From Promethearchaeota archaeon (GTDB lineage Archaea; Asgardarchaeota; Lokiarchaeia; Sigyniarchaeales; SOKP01): 64,000 bases of DNA. Both the position numbers and the translations under genes were made by a program. Below, piece after piece: positions 19,778 to 30,184 of the stretch. The notes under the pieces are model-generated. The model searched no databases and was not told the DNA's origin. It saw only the letters and a list, made by a program, of their open reading frames with translations. The stretch spans positions 1 through 64,000 of the forward strand of contig JBHLLU010000022.1 in NCBI GenBank assembly GCA_048938895.1, in the 5' to 3' direction. Each line of letters opens with the position of its first letter. Positions within the stretch are counted from its first letter, which is position 1.

Positions 19778-20602
19778 ATGAATTTTAGAATAAAATTAAA
19801 GCAATTTTACAATTATTTAACACATCCAAAAGTTGTTAAGTTTACAGCAATTAGTGCTACATTAGTATGGATTTCTACTATAGTTTTAGGAATACTTATT
19901 GGGCAATTAGATCCAGCAGGACCTTCCTATGATCCAGCAGGATTTAATATCTTAATTAATTATATAAGTGATTTAGGTAATTTAGACTTAACACCCATGC
20001 CAATAATTTTAGATTTTGGAATGATGCAAACTTCTATTTTAATGATTCCTGCGGCGTTTTATTTACAAAAAGTACTTAAAGGTGATGGTTCTAAGTTATT
20101 TAGAAAGATTTTAAGCTATTTAACCTTAATATGTATTTTGATTGCAATGTGTGGACTATTTTTAACAGGAGTTATTTCTGAAGATGTTGGTGAAAAGTTA
20201 GACACTATAATTGGACCCCCTTTACCTGATTATGCTTGGCATGATATTGTTGCTGATTTTGCATTTATCTTTTTTATGGTAAGTGGAATTTTAACTGCAT
20301 CGCAATTTATATTATTTCCTGAAATATTAAAAGATCAAATAAAATTGAAGCGTACTATTATTGCTCGTGTGTTATTAGCTATAAATACTTGGGTTTTAAC
20401 TCCTATATTTTTTGGATTCTTTTACACGGTACCATATCTTTGGTATACAGATGCATTTTGGAACGATTTACCACTTTGGCAATGGGCGCCATTTTGGGAG
20501 TGGCTACTTATGTTTTCACTTTCAAGTTGGATTTTAGTGGTATTAAATCTAATGCTATTAAAACCTTTAAACCGAGAATTAAAATCAAAAAAATCCGATT
20601 AA
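19778..20602 (+). CDS. DUF998-like multi-pass membrane protein
   Basis: NYISDLG, WHD, WEW motifs, about 6 TM. Confidence 0.65.
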   Translation: MNFRIKLKQFYNYLTHPKVVKFTAISATLVWISTIVLGILIGQLDPAGPSYDPAGFNILINYISDLGNLDLTPMPIILDFGMMQTSILMIPAAFYLQKVLKGDGSKLFRKILSYLTLICILIAMCGLFLTGVISEDVGEKLDTIIGPPLPDYAWHDIVADFAFIFFMVSGILTASQFILFPEILKDQIKLKRTIIARVLLAINTWVLTPIFFGFFYTVPYLWYTDAFWNDLPLWQWAPFWEWLLMFSLSSWILVVLNLMLLKPLNRELKSKKSD

Positions 20603-20683
20603 TTTTAATAACCTAGATTGGGTTTTTTTTTTCTTTTCTATTAAACTTATGAATTTAAATCTAATAACAGCATTACTTGATTT

Positions 20684-21490
20684 ATGAATAATGAAAACCA
20701 ATATTTTGGTATTGCCAAACATAAAGAGTATCTATACGTGATTAAGGAAAATATATCTATTGTTCATCCCGTTTATAGAAATGATCCTCTAAATATGTAT
20801 TTAATTTTAGGGTCTCATTCTGCTCTTCTACTCGATACTGGATGTGGATTGTATCCCCTGAAACCTATAGTTGATGATTTAATAGGTGATAGAAAGCTAT
20901 TTGTACTTAATACACATACTCATTGGGATCATATCCTTGGAAATAATGAATTTACAGAGGTATATGTCCATAGAAAAGAAGCAAAGATTGTTTCAAATAC
21001 GTATGATTTATCATTCTTAATAGATTCTCCTTCTGATATCGTAAAAAAATATGCTAAGTACAATTTTTTGATTCCCCCGGCAAAAATCATAAAAAAAATA
21101 AAAGATAAACATAAATTCGAATTAGGAGGTATAAGAGTAAATGTTATTCACACTCCTGGCCATTCACCTGGTTCTATTTGCTTATTGACGAGTAATAATG
21201 AACTATTTACTAGTGATGTTGCATATTATGGAGATACTTTCTTACCTAAGCGAAAATTATTTCCAAAAGTACTTAAAACTCTTTCTAAATTGATAAATTT
21301 ATGCGAAGAGAAACGTATTTCTGAACTGTATCCTTCACATCAGAAATATCCATGCGATAAAACTCTTTTGACAGAACTTTATAATGGAATTATAAACATT
21401 GAAAATCTTTGGGACACTAAGATTCCATTTGATTTCTTCGAATCATGGCAGATTGATGATGAGAAGTTTAGGTATTATATAGAAAGATAA
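20684..21490 (+). CDS. MBL-fold metallo-hydrolase
   Basis: LLDTG, THTHWDHI, HTPGHSPG, SD, PSH. Confidence 0.9.
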   Translation: MNNENQYFGIAKHKEYLYVIKENISIVHPVYRNDPLNMYLILGSHSALLLDTGCGLYPLKPIVDDLIGDRKLFVLNTHTHWDHILGNNEFTEVYVHRKEAKIVSNTYDLSFLIDSPSDIVKKYAKYNFLIPPAKIIKKIKDKHKFELGGIRVNVIHTPGHSPGSICLLTSNNELFTSDVAYYGDTFLPKRKLFPKVLKTLSKLINLCEEKRISELYPSHQKYPCDKTLLTELYNGIINIENLWDTKIPFDFFESWQIDDEKFRYYIER

Positions 21491-21541
21491 GTTTGATGAA
21501 TAAATAGTAAAAAAATTAATAGATTTGTTTTTCATTCTATG

Positions 21542-22231
21542 TCAGAACTCAGCTTTTACCCCACATTCTTGACAGTAAGGACCTAATAATTTTGCACCAC
21601 AATTTTTACAAAAGTTTGAGGTTTTACCTTGGCTTGGTGGCTCAATTTGCGTATCAGTTGGCATTTTTTCTGGCATTGGTGTATAAGGTGCTTTTGCTAT
21701 AGGCTCCCCTTTAATTTCTAATGAATATGCATAACCTGCAGCAATTGCTCCAATAATTCCTAAAACTCCACCTATAACCGCAAGAATCACACCAAAGCTT
21801 GGATCATATACCATCCAATATCCTGCAAATTCTTCTTTTAGATAGCCATAGTACGCTCCAGGGCCAATAAAAGCAAAAATTGCTCCTGCTGCACTTGTCC
21901 CAGCAGCACTCTTAAAATTCCTCTCCTTCTTGGCTTTATTGCCTCCAGATATCATTGCAACCATGGCTATAATCAAAAGTAAAATAGTAACGCCCCCTAT
22001 TACCATATATTTGATATCATAATCAGATACAAAAAGATCACTAGCAAATCCAGATTCAAAGGTGTCTCCAGTGGCTAATATCCAAAAACTAAAATACCAA
22101 ATGAACATTGAACCTGAAGATTCCATGATTGAGCTTGCTGGTGTGAGTATAGCGATTAACACTAAAATAGCTCCAGCTTTCGAGATTTTCCATATATGTT
22201 CCATCCAGTCTTTTGTCCTTATTTGTTCCAT
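21542..22231 (-). CDS. 4-TM membrane protein with C-terminal zinc ribbon
   Basis: Hydrophobic helices, Pro-rich linker, FCKNCG...YCQECG. Confidence 0.8.
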   Translation of the reverse strand: MEQIRTKDWMEHIWKISKAGAILVLIAILTPASSIMESSGSMFIWYFSFWILATGDTFESGFASDLFVSDYDIKYMVIGGVTILLLIIAMVAMISGGNKAKKERNFKSAAGTSAAGAIFAFIGPGAYYGYLKEEFAGYWMVYDPSFGVILAVIGGVLGIIGAIAAGYAYSLEIKGEPIAKAPYTPMPEKMPTDTQIEPPSQGKTSNFCKNCGAKLLGPYCQECGVKAEF

Positions 22232-22393
22232 GATTGTTCCTTTTTTTTAAATTTTTTAGGATTATCTTATAAATTCTTTAATAATAGGATTTTCTCTCTT
22301 TATCTATTTAAGCTTTTTCAGATTTAAATAAATTCATTAATAATATTATATTAAGCTCAAATATATTTCTAATATCGCTGAGTAGGTTTAAAA

Positions 22394-24190
22394 TTGTCAA
22401 TGAACAATCTAAAAGAGAAGTTAAAAAGGAAACTTGATAATTTTTTTCATGAAAAAGCAGAAGTTAAAGACCTTATTTATCTTGAGAGAATTCTTATTTT
22501 AGTAGTAATCTTAGTGTTTACCCTAATAGCTTTAGAGGTAAACAAATCAATAAGTTATAAAAAATATGATAGAGTTCAATTCCATTCGGCAGGAGCTACT
22601 TTATATGCTAATTTATATTACCCTAGTAAATCTTTGTCTTTTCAAGAAAAGAGACCATTAATAATATATTGTCATGGAATAGGAAGTAAACGAGATTTTG
22701 ATTTAAGAGTACCTATTGAATTTACTAAACGAGGATTTTATCTTGCGGCTTTAGATTATCAAGGTCATGGTGAAAGCAGTGGTAGTATCAATAATATTAA
22801 TAAATCATCAAATACTCCTGCGCTTGCTCAAGATTGTATAAAATTATTGCGAAAATTAAAAACTCTACCTTTTTACTCAAATGTGAATGATTCTCAGATT
22901 GGTTTAGTTGGTCATTCACTTGGGGGTATGGTTGTCCTTATGAATCAAGCATTAAATCCAGAATTTAAAGCTACTGTAGCATGGGCTCCGTTAGTAAATT
23001 TTACACCACCTCGTTTCGGACTCAAATGGCAGGGCTATGAAGATTTTATTCCAGTTAATTTATTAACAAGCAATAATAGTGAAAACTTACTGATAATATC
23101 TCATGTAAAAGATGAAATTTTAGATTATAAAGAAAATGCGTTAAAAGTACAGGAGTTAACAAATTGTACATTAATTAATATTACAAGACCTTTAATTGGA
23201 GGAGCTCATCAATTATATTCCGATGCAGTTCTTCGACATACGATTAAATGGTTTGAACAAATTTTCTTCAACTCAACAACTAAAAATGGACCTATAATGA
23301 TTACTTTTATGTGGAATTATGTTCTCATCTTTTTGAACTTAGGCTTATTAGTGGCTATTATTTTTCTTCTTGTATCATATTCAGCTAATTTTTTTCAATT
23401 ACGGCCTAAATCTGATAATCTTAGTCACGAAATTACCTCTGAATCATTGTCTAAGATAAAAAAGATTAAAATGAAGATCAAAAAAAAGATTATTAGCTCT
23501 TTTAAAATTTCTCAAATAGTAATATATACCTCTCTTTTTATCATTAATTGGTTTATCTTTAGTAACCTGTATGGATTAATTGGAATATTTTATGCTTCCT
23601 TAGTTTTTAGTGGTTTATATATAATTGTAAAATTCATTTTATACTTAATTCATCTAAGAAGAAATGACATCAAATTTAGTAAACAACATCTAAAAGGAAT
23701 CATAAAACAAGAATTTAAAGTAAGTGTATTAGTTTATTCAACAATTTGTGCATGGTATTTTCTTATAATATATCTGCTTTTTTCTTTCTATTATCCATTT
23801 GCATTCATGTGGCCCTCAAGCGCAACAAATATCTTTATAACTTTAGCTATTTTTCCCATCTACTTCTCAATAGAAATTCTATTCAGAAAAATTCTATATC
23901 CCCTTTTAAACTTCATATCATCAGAAAAAAATAAAGCAAAAATAACTATCATTATAGCATTCATAGTCTATATAACCTTAATGACATTAGCTAGAAGTTT
24001 TTCATACCTTCCTTCAGTATTATTTACATTTATTATTTTCCTGATAGTTACTGTTGGGAATACCATTATATATGAACATACAAGAACGTTTAGTGCTGTT
24101 TTGGTGAGTTCTTTTTTTATAATTCAATTATTTTTCTCAGCAGTTGTTTCCAATGTTATAGGACTCGGTGCCTTTGAGAAATTATTTTAA
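22394..24190 (+). CDS. Membrane-anchored alpha/beta hydrolase with C-terminal multi-TM domain
   Basis: N-terminal TM, HGIG, DYQGHGES, GHSLGG, DE, AH; about 8 C-terminal TM. Confidence 0.85.
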   Translation: MSMNNLKEKLKRKLDNFFHEKAEVKDLIYLERILILVVILVFTLIALEVNKSISYKKYDRVQFHSAGATLYANLYYPSKSLSFQEKRPLIIYCHGIGSKRDFDLRVPIEFTKRGFYLAALDYQGHGESSGSINNINKSSNTPALAQDCIKLLRKLKTLPFYSNVNDSQIGLVGHSLGGMVVLMNQALNPEFKATVAWAPLVNFTPPRFGLKWQGYEDFIPVNLLTSNNSENLLIISHVKDEILDYKENALKVQELTNCTLINITRPLIGGAHQLYSDAVLRHTIKWFEQIFFNSTTKNGPIMITFMWNYVLIFLNLGLLVAIIFLLVSYSANFFQLRPKSDNLSHEITSESLSKIKKIKMKIKKKIISSFKISQIVIYTSLFIINWFIFSNLYGLIGIFYASLVFSGLYIIVKFILYLIHLRRNDIKFSKQHLKGIIKQEFKVSVLVYSTICAWYFLIIYLLFSFYYPFAFMWPSSATNIFITLAIFPIYFSIEILFRKILYPLLNFISSEKNKAKITIIIAFIVYITLMTLARSFSYLPSVLFTFIIFLIVTVGNTIIYEHTRTFSAVLVSSFFIIQLFFSAVVSNVIGLGAFEKLF

Positions 24191-24272
24191 ACCATTATAC
24201 TTTCATTTTTAATAATAATTCTTTTTATCTAATATAGTCTTTAACACTAACGTTTAATATTCTTTAACCATA

Positions 24273-25526
24273 ATGAAGATTGCAAATAATACTCTTAAAA
24301 TAACACATGATTGTTTTGAATGTATCTACTGTAATAAAGCCAAATATACTGAAAATCGCAATCTTTCTGTTAATTGCACATTTATAGATAAAGGATATAA
24401 AGAACAAAAAACCTCTAATATCTGTCAACACTACAAATCAAAAATATTTGAAAGAAAAAACCTAAAAGAATTCTTACCCTATAGCATCTGGATTGAGATT
24501 ACGAATTCTTGTAACTTAAAGTGCAAGATGTGTGGGCAGAGGGGAGATCATGGATATTTGAATTCTCCAGATTCGGGGATGCTTCGAAAAAACCTATCAA
24601 TAGAAAATTGGATAAAGGTTATAGACGACGTAAAGTCTTATGCCCGATGGATAAATATTCGTGGAGGTGAACCTCTTTTATATTCCCACATCGTTGAATT
24701 CATGAAACATGTACATGAGAGCAATATTTTTCTTTCACTCGAAACTAATGCAACTTATTTGAAAAAATATGCATATGGCGTGGCTAAATATGTTGATCTA
24801 CTTTCAATTTCTGTAGATGGTCCAAGAGAGATTCACGACTATGTGAGAGGAGTTGAAGGAACATATGATAAAGTAAAAGAAGGAATACTTGAGTATAGAA
24901 AAGCGTGTAATGAGTTAAAAATGGATAAGACGAGACCAATAAGTTTCAATTGTACTATTGGTGTTGATAACTACAAATATATCAAAGGAATGATTGATGT
25001 TTCAAAAGAGATGGATGTGAAATCTATAAATCTTTCTCTTAGTTATTATCTTGATGAAGATGTTGGAAAAGATTATGAAAATACGATGAAAAAAAAATTT
25101 GCAGCAAAGGCAGTAGCATGGAGCGGTTTCTATAAAGAATCCGAAATAAGAAAAAATATGAATTTTAATCTTTTAATTAAAGATTTAAACTACCTTCTAA
25201 ACTATAAAGATGGAACTACATTTAAAATTACCCCGTATATAAATGACGAATCTATAATAAATTGGTATAAGGATTCAAAAACCTTACTTTTTTATGATCG
25301 ATGTTACGTACCTTGGTTCTTAGCAAATATAATGCCAAATGGAGATGTAAACTTTTGTTGCGATTACGATGATTATATCATAGGAAACATAACTGAACAT
25401 AAACTCTTGGATTTATGGTTTAACAAAAAAGCATTAAAGTTTAGAAACCATATTTTAAACGAAAGATTTTCGATTTGTAAAAGATGTGGTGTCAATTTTT
25501 ATTTTCCTCTTACTCGAATTCCTTGA
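24273..25526 (+). CDS. Radical SAM protein with SPASM/twitch domain and N-terminal Cys-rich extension
   Basis: CNLKCKMC, GGEPLL, ETNA, SVDGP..HD..RG, CYVPW..GDVNFCC..IGNI..CKRC. Confidence 0.9.
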   Translation: MKIANNTLKITHDCFECIYCNKAKYTENRNLSVNCTFIDKGYKEQKTSNICQHYKSKIFERKNLKEFLPYSIWIEITNSCNLKCKMCGQRGDHGYLNSPDSGMLRKNLSIENWIKVIDDVKSYARWINIRGGEPLLYSHIVEFMKHVHESNIFLSLETNATYLKKYAYGVAKYVDLLSISVDGPREIHDYVRGVEGTYDKVKEGILEYRKACNELKMDKTRPISFNCTIGVDNYKYIKGMIDVSKEMDVKSINLSLSYYLDEDVGKDYENTMKKKFAAKAVAWSGFYKESEIRKNMNFNLLIKDLNYLLNYKDGTTFKITPYINDESIINWYKDSKTLLFYDRCYVPWFLANIMPNGDVNFCCDYDDYIIGNITEHKLLDLWFNKKALKFRNHILNERFSICKRCGVNFYFPLTRIP

Positions 25527-25540
25527 AGTTCAAAAAAGTA

Positions 25541-25858
25541 TTATTTTATCATTTTTAATAGTTTCACTATTTCTTTTTCGTCAATGTCTTCAACGTTGTT
25601 GATTTTTATGTGCCTTGTTGTTTTACCACTCCCTTCTAAGCGAGATATTTCTTCTTTAGTTAAACCTTGTATTGAAAAACCAAGATTAACATGTGTTTTT
25701 AAGGCAACTAAGTAAAATTTTTCTTCATAATACGGAACACCATATTTCATTTGCTCCTTAATATTTGGGAATGTAATTAAAATTATTTCCCTTAATTTCT
25801 GACAAATCTCCTTTTGAGGAGACTTCTGTTTTTCAATATAATCAGTTACTTCTTTCAT
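25541..25858 (-). CDS. DUF1801 (YdhG-like) protein
   Basis: V.DYI, LREII..FP.IKEQMKYGVPYY, HVNLGF, LEGSGKTTRHIKI. Confidence 0.85.
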   Translation of the reverse strand: MKEVTDYIEKQKSPQKEICQKLREIILITFPNIKEQMKYGVPYYEEKFYLVALKTHVNLGFSIQGLTKEEISRLEGSGKTTRHIKINNVEDIDEKEIVKLLKMIK

Positions 25859-25899
25859 ATTCTCATCTTATATACAACTAAATTAAACATTATCTAATT

Positions 25900-27366
25900 T
25901 TATGCTCTGAAGCTTATATTATTTAGACTTATTTCGGCTTCTCCTAGGATCTCATCTAGTTTTTGAACAATCTCCAATTTTAACGGTTCAGGTTTGTGCG
26001 TTTCAAGCACCTTAAGAGTGTGAATTTTCAAACGGTCACCATAACTTGTGCTACCTTTTTTAATCCATGATTCTGGAGCGTCGCGATTTATGAATTTAGG
26101 TCGCCAAAGTTCTTCCCTAAAATGCTCTAAAGTGTGTTCATGAGTGAGAAAATCTCCACCAGGGCCTACATCACGGATTACATCAACAGCCATCATCTTT
26201 TCATCAATTTTAAAACCTTGAATAAACCTTTTTACATAACTTATAATCTCATCGCACATCGTAATTGATATTGGATTTCCAACTAAGCCTTGGCCTAAGT
26301 ACCCTATATCATGAATTAAATTAGCTCCATCCATTGAGGCTAATAGTATTGCGATAGCATGCTCAAAAGCTGCTTGTTGATCTAGACAATGACTATCTGA
26401 TCCTACTGTTGACCACATAGGTATATTGTAATAGTGATAAATATCTGCAAATGCGGAATTAGTTAGATGTTCTTCTGGTGATCCATAAGTTATAACTGCG
26501 GATCTCATATCTAATGGGACTACAGCAAACCCGGATATAATTGGTGCTCCCTTATTTTTAAGTTGATGTAACACGATCCCACTTAAAGCTTCTGCATTTG
26601 CTTGTACAATACCTCCTGCTAAAGAAACTGGTGCAGTACCCCCAAGTAGATCTGCTGGTGTATAACATATCGGGATCTCTTTTTCTGCACATAAGAACAG
26701 TTTACTTATTGCACCAAAAGAATGAGACATTGGGGCAGTCGGTTCAGAATAATGAATGAGAAAAGGTTTTAATCTTAACCTGTCCTCACCACCTGCAATA
26801 ACTTCTGCCATTTTAATAATATAATCCAAATCTTCCTTTCCAGCGGCGGTAAAAAAAATCGGTTTAATTGAATTTTCCATCATAGCTTTAGCGCAATTGA
26901 TGTACATCAAATTTTTCGGTACATCACTTGGTAATGCAAATGAGGCAATAAAATCAATTTCTTTACAATAATCCGATACAATTGCTGCGTTTTTTACATC
27001 CTGCAATACAGAAAACCTTAATTTATTTGATTCCAAGTCAATAGTTCGAAGTAAATCTGTTCCAAGACCAAAATAGATATTTCTCCCTCCTAACTTCATT
27101 GCTTCTTGACCCTTTCTGTTAAACATAATAATTTGAGATGGAACATTTTTCATACATTTTTCTACCAACCAATTTGGAATTCGAACTATATTATTATCAC
27201 CAATTTCACATTCATTTTTTTCCAGGAGTTGTAATCCTTCTTCATGAGATATCTGAACTCCAATATTTGCTAGTATTTCTAGACTTGCTAAATGAATTTT
27301 CTTTATTTGTTCTTCAGTAAGAAGTCTATAATGTGGTTTACACTGCACCTTAATATCATCCATCAT
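25900..27366 (-). CDS. MttB-superfamily (non-pyrrolysine) methylamine:corrinoid methyltransferase
   Basis: IHLASLEIL..IG, GGTAPVSLAG.IVQANAEALSG..L.QL..KGAP, DMRS, SDSH.LDQQA, DVGPGGDFL.HEHT..HFR; no in-frame TAG. Confidence 0.9.
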   Translation of the reverse strand: MMDDIKVQCKPHYRLLTEEQIKKIHLASLEILANIGVQISHEEGLQLLEKNECEIGDNNIVRIPNWLVEKCMKNVPSQIIMFNRKGQEAMKLGGRNIYFGLGTDLLRTIDLESNKLRFSVLQDVKNAAIVSDYCKEIDFIASFALPSDVPKNLMYINCAKAMMENSIKPIFFTAAGKEDLDYIIKMAEVIAGGEDRLRLKPFLIHYSEPTAPMSHSFGAISKLFLCAEKEIPICYTPADLLGGTAPVSLAGGIVQANAEALSGIVLHQLKNKGAPIISGFAVVPLDMRSAVITYGSPEEHLTNSAFADIYHYYNIPMWSTVGSDSHCLDQQAAFEHAIAILLASMDGANLIHDIGYLGQGLVGNPISITMCDEIISYVKRFIQGFKIDEKMMAVDVIRDVGPGGDFLTHEHTLEHFREELWRPKFINRDAPESWIKKGSTSYGDRLKIHTLKVLETHKPEPLKLEIVQKLDEILGEAEISLNNISFRA

Positions 27367-27570
27367 CTTAATTCAACCTTCAGTTAACAATAATTGTTAA
27401 AAAGATATCTAATTATTTTCTTTTTCTAAATGCGACCTAATCAAACTTTATAATCCAGATTATATATATCATTTTAAATTATTTTAGATTTCAAAAATAA
27501 AAAATTTTAAAACTTATTTTATCAGAATATTAATAAGAACTGTATTAATTGTTTAAAGAAGGTTTAATAT

Positions 27571-27984
27571 ATGGCTAATACAGAATATATTTATAATTCT
27601 CTTGACAATAATGTCTTTTATATAAAGAAAGAGTTAAAGAAAAAGGGGAAGGAGTATGGAGTTCTAACATTGACTAAAAACCAAATTAATCTATTAATTG
27701 AAAGCTTGGATTTGATGGCAGTTTCTCCACTAATAACCCCTTTTTTTAGTCAAAAATTAGAGAATTTTATTTCCCCCAGATTTCTGGAAATTAATGAGAT
27801 TATATATGCAGAAAAGGCTCTCCCGGATAAATTGGGTGTTGAATTTACAAAAGAAAATCAAAAGGACATTATTAAGGCATTTGATTTACCCAATGTTATC
27901 AGTAGATTAAAAACAAAAGGTATTACATCTGAATATTTCATAAACCTTTTGAAAAGCATTAATTTCTCAAAATATAAATATTAA
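27571..27984 (+). CDS. Hypothetical protein
   Basis: 137-aa ORF with GAAGGT upstream of ATG; no recognisable motif. Confidence 0.65.
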   Translation: MANTEYIYNSLDNNVFYIKKELKKKGKEYGVLTLTKNQINLLIESLDLMAVSPLITPFFSQKLENFISPRFLEINEIIYAEKALPDKLGVEFTKENQKDIIKAFDLPNVISRLKTKGITSEYFINLLKSINFSKYKY

Positions 27985-28065
27985 ATTAGTTTTTTTATTT
28001 CTAAATTTTATTCTGTTTTATAATTATAATAAAAAACTTTATGAAAGGAGATAAGACCTCGTAAA

Positions 28066-29511
28066 ATGTGGTTAAGTGTAATTATTATACTCTTCTGCTT
28101 TATTGGAGTAATTTTTTTTATAATAACTGAAAAATTGAATAGAGCAATTATATCGTTACTAGGGGCAGTAATAACATATTTTGTTTTAATCTATTTTGAA
28201 AAACTTGATTTCTCAATAATAGTTGATCTTCTATTTAGTTCAGAAGATGATGGCTTTGTTAATTTACATTCTTTAATTTTAATTATTGGGATGATGATGA
28301 TTGTTCAAATCTCAAATGATGTGGGCACCTTTCAATTCATTGCAGGAAAATTAATCAAATTATCTAAAGGAAAACCAATACTTCTTATGACTATTTTTTG
28401 TTGTGTTACTTTTTTAGTGTCAGCAATGCTGAACAATATCTTAACAGTCATTATCATAATTCCTCTTACTATTACAGTGTCTAGGATTTTAAATATAAAT
28501 CCTACTCCTTATATTCTCACTCAAGCAATACTTGTAAATATAGGCGGTACTATGTTTGCTATTTCTTCAATACCAAATATTTTAATTTCAACATATGCCG
28601 GTATAGAATTTTCAGAATTCTTTATAAATGTAGGATTTATTTCTATTTTAGCTTTTGGCTTCACTCTTGCATTTTTTATTCTACTTTACAGGAAAGAACT
28701 AGTAATACATGAAGAAGGTAAAAAAGCATTGAAGGAATTTGATGTTTGGAATGTTGTTCAAAATAAAAAATTGTTATATGAATCCTTAATTTTTTTAATT
28801 ATTCTACTTATACTACTTACAATTATTCCTTCTTCAATAATATCTCCTGGTATAATCTCTTTAACGATTGCTTTAATCTTAATTATCATTTCAAGATTAG
28901 AACCAAAAGAAATTATCAACAAAATTGATTTTGAACTTTTATTTTATCTAATGGGCATATTTATTATCGTCGGAGGACTTGAAATTACAGGAGCTACAGG
29001 ACTTATTGGAAATTTTATCCTAAATCTTGGGGGGAGTAATTTTTTTTTACAACTACTTATTATTCTCTGGTTTTCAGCTTATCTAAGTAGTTGTATTGAC
29101 AATATTCCAATTACCAAAGTACTCATTCCTGTAGCAGATACTATGACAGAAACTATCTCAATCGTGAGAAGAAAGCAAGTCTTTTATAGTCTTGCATTTG
29201 GAGCGAATTGGGGTGACAATCTAACCCCATTAGGGGATAATGTTCTTGTTATGAACATTTCTGAACAAAATAAGCGCCCTATATCCATTAAATCGTTTTT
29301 TAAATTAGGATTTATTACAACAAATTATCAATTAGTAATTATTTCAATTTACTATATTTTAATATTTTATTTCAATATAGGCATCATTATTTTAGTGATT
29401 ATATCTTCAATAATTTTGATTATTTATTCATTAAATAAATTTGGCTCAAAGAAGATTAAATCTCGTATATCAACTTTTAGTAATAAATTAAGAGATATTA
29501 TTATTAGGTGA
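28066..29511 (+). CDS. ArsB/NhaD/SLC13-superfamily (P-protein-like) ion permease
   Basis: NRAIISLLGA, SAMLNNILTV, NIGG...ISSIPNILI, IDFELLFY, SSCIDNIP, GANWGDNLTPLG; 12+ TM. Confidence 0.85.
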   Translation: MWLSVIIILFCFIGVIFFIITEKLNRAIISLLGAVITYFVLIYFEKLDFSIIVDLLFSSEDDGFVNLHSLILIIGMMMIVQISNDVGTFQFIAGKLIKLSKGKPILLMTIFCCVTFLVSAMLNNILTVIIIIPLTITVSRILNINPTPYILTQAILVNIGGTMFAISSIPNILISTYAGIEFSEFFINVGFISILAFGFTLAFFILLYRKELVIHEEGKKALKEFDVWNVVQNKKLLYESLIFLIILLILLTIIPSSIISPGIISLTIALILIIISRLEPKEIINKIDFELLFYLMGIFIIVGGLEITGATGLIGNFILNLGGSNFFLQLLIILWFSAYLSSCIDNIPITKVLIPVADTMTETISIVRRKQVFYSLAFGANWGDNLTPLGDNVLVMNISEQNKRPISIKSFFKLGFITTNYQLVIISIYYILIFYFNIGIIILVIISSIILIIYSLNKFGSKKIKSRISTFSNKLRDIIIR

Positions 29512-29518
29512 GTATAAA

Positions 29519-30157
29519 GTGGTCTTTAAAAATATTTTGAGAATAAAATCAGCTTTACCAGAAGTGAAACATGTAGTTATGTTTTACAACAATGGTACAG
29601 TTTTTCAAACTACTTTTGAACAAGAAACCAATATCCCAAAATTAGGTGAGAATTTAGCAGAAATTATAAATCATATAACAAAACTTTATGAAATTTGCGA
29701 CTATAATTTTGAAAAATATAAAAAAATTATTTTTGAAACCGATGATATTTCGGTTATTATTTTGAAGCTAGGAGAAGAAAGTAATATCGCTTTATTTTTC
29801 AAAAAAGAAGAAGAAAAAGAACTAAAATTAACTGCAATTAAAAGATACATGACTAGAATTGAAGAATTAGTCGATATGGATGAAAAAGAACTTATAATAC
29901 AAGATATTTTGACAAAAGAAGAAGAAAACAAACACTTAAAAGAAAAACTTCAAGAAAGACAGAAGGAAATTGAGAAATTAGGTAATGAGCTAAAAAATAT
30001 TGAAAAAGGAATAATAAAAGGTGATTTGGAAAAGATTTCTAAAGAATTACGTGATTTAGAAATCGAATGCTCAAATACAAATAATGAGATGGAGAAGAAT
30101 AGTAACCAGATTGAACAATTAAAAGAAATAATTGAGCAAAGTCATAAAAAGAGTTAA
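29519..30157 (+). CDS. Roadblock/LC7 (MglB-like) domain fused to C-terminal coiled coil
   Basis: LPEVKHVVMFYNNGTVF..helix..KKIIFETDDISVIILKLGEESNIALF pattern; about 90-aa E/K heptad tail; 7 nt after the permease stop. Confidence 0.65.
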   Translation: MVFKNILRIKSALPEVKHVVMFYNNGTVFQTTFEQETNIPKLGENLAEIINHITKLYEICDYNFEKYKKIIFETDDISVIILKLGEESNIALFFKKEEEKELKLTAIKRYMTRIEELVDMDEKELIIQDILTKEEENKHLKEKLQERQKEIEKLGNELKNIEKGIIKGDLEKISKELRDLEIECSNTNNEMEKNSNQIEQLKEIIEQSHKKS

Positions 30158-30184
30158 CAAAATTAAAATAAAGAAAATTTTAGA

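Noticed and set aside
25900-27366. Pyrrolysine recoding in the MttB homolog
   Set aside because: ORF is full length with no in-frame TAG.
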